Source: Candidatus Krumholzibacteriia bacterium
GTDB lineage: Bacteria; Krumholzibacteriota; Krumholzibacteriia; WVZY01
Assembly (NCBI GenBank): GCA_046754105.1
Contig: JBHHVD010000072.1
Span: forward strand, 1 to 16,513
Length of the DNA stretch: 16,513 nucleotides
Direction of reading: 5' to 3'
Below the pieces are notes generated by a model that did no database searches, was not told the origin of the DNA, and saw nothing but the letters and a program-made list of their open reading frames with translations. The translations under genes were made by a program, and so were the position numbers. Positions 16,327 through 16,513 of this stretch are shown here, piece after piece (within the stretch, counting starts at the first letter, position 1; each line of letters begins with the position of its first letter).

Positions 16327-16513
16327 ATGACACTCTATGCCGGCACGAGCGGCTACAGTTATAAGGAATGGAAAGGGAGTTTTTACCCGCAGAAGCTGCC
16401 GGCGGACGAGATGCTTCGCCACTACGCCACCCAGCTCCCCGCCGTGGAAATCAACAACACCTTCTACCGCCTGCCGAAGGCGAGCGTCGTAGAAACCTGG
16501 GCCGCGCAGGTGC
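16327..16513 (+). CDS. DUF72 (YecE-like) domain protein, N-terminal part (runs off the right edge)
   Basis: Not in the ORF track; hand translation MTLYAGTSGYSYKEWKGSFYPQKLPADEMLRHYATQLPAVEINNTFYRLPKASVVETWAAQV matches the DUF72 signature GTSG.SY..W.G.FYP...L..Y....VEIN.TFYR.P. GGGAG SD upstream. Confidence 0.92.
   Translation, partial: MTLYAGTSGYSYKEWKGSFYPQKLPADEMLRHYATQLPAVEINNTFYRLPKASVVETWAAQV

Noticed and set aside
15759..16422. Alternative ORFs 15874-16422 (-) and 15759-16364 (+)
   Set aside because: Off-frame or antisense to the clearly recognisable ATL and DUF72 genes; Arg/Pro-rich with no motifs.

Overview
High-GC bacterial chromosomal window (lineage not determinable here) with three blocks. 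(1) 1-7785, minus strand: a short-chain acyl-CoA catabolic cluster (thiolase, 3-hydroxybutyryl-CoA dehydrogenase, crotonase, glutaryl-CoA-type dehydrogenase, second thiolase), then a lone LeuB/IDH-family dehydrogenase, tRNA-Leu(TAG) and the 5' part of trigger factor. The intergenic gaps carry a family of ~80-87 nt GC-rich multi-stem hairpin repeats. (2) 7975-10764, plus strand: a 929-aa predicted secreted multidomain protein (degenerate alpha/alpha-barrel glycosidase-like N-terminus, C-terminal CBM48-type glycogen-binding domain), preceded by a sigma54-like promoter and a consensus IHF site. (3) 10573-16513: a DNA-repair locus, with a tightly packed minus-strand run ATL (PWHR) - LigD (POL-PE-LIG) - Ku - TPR protein - GT-C-like membrane protein and a divergent DUF72 gene. 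The best candidate for an undescribed system is this extended NHEJ operon, especially the TPR protein with a QMSLF beta-clamp-binding-like motif. All calls come from motif recognition by eye; no searches were run.
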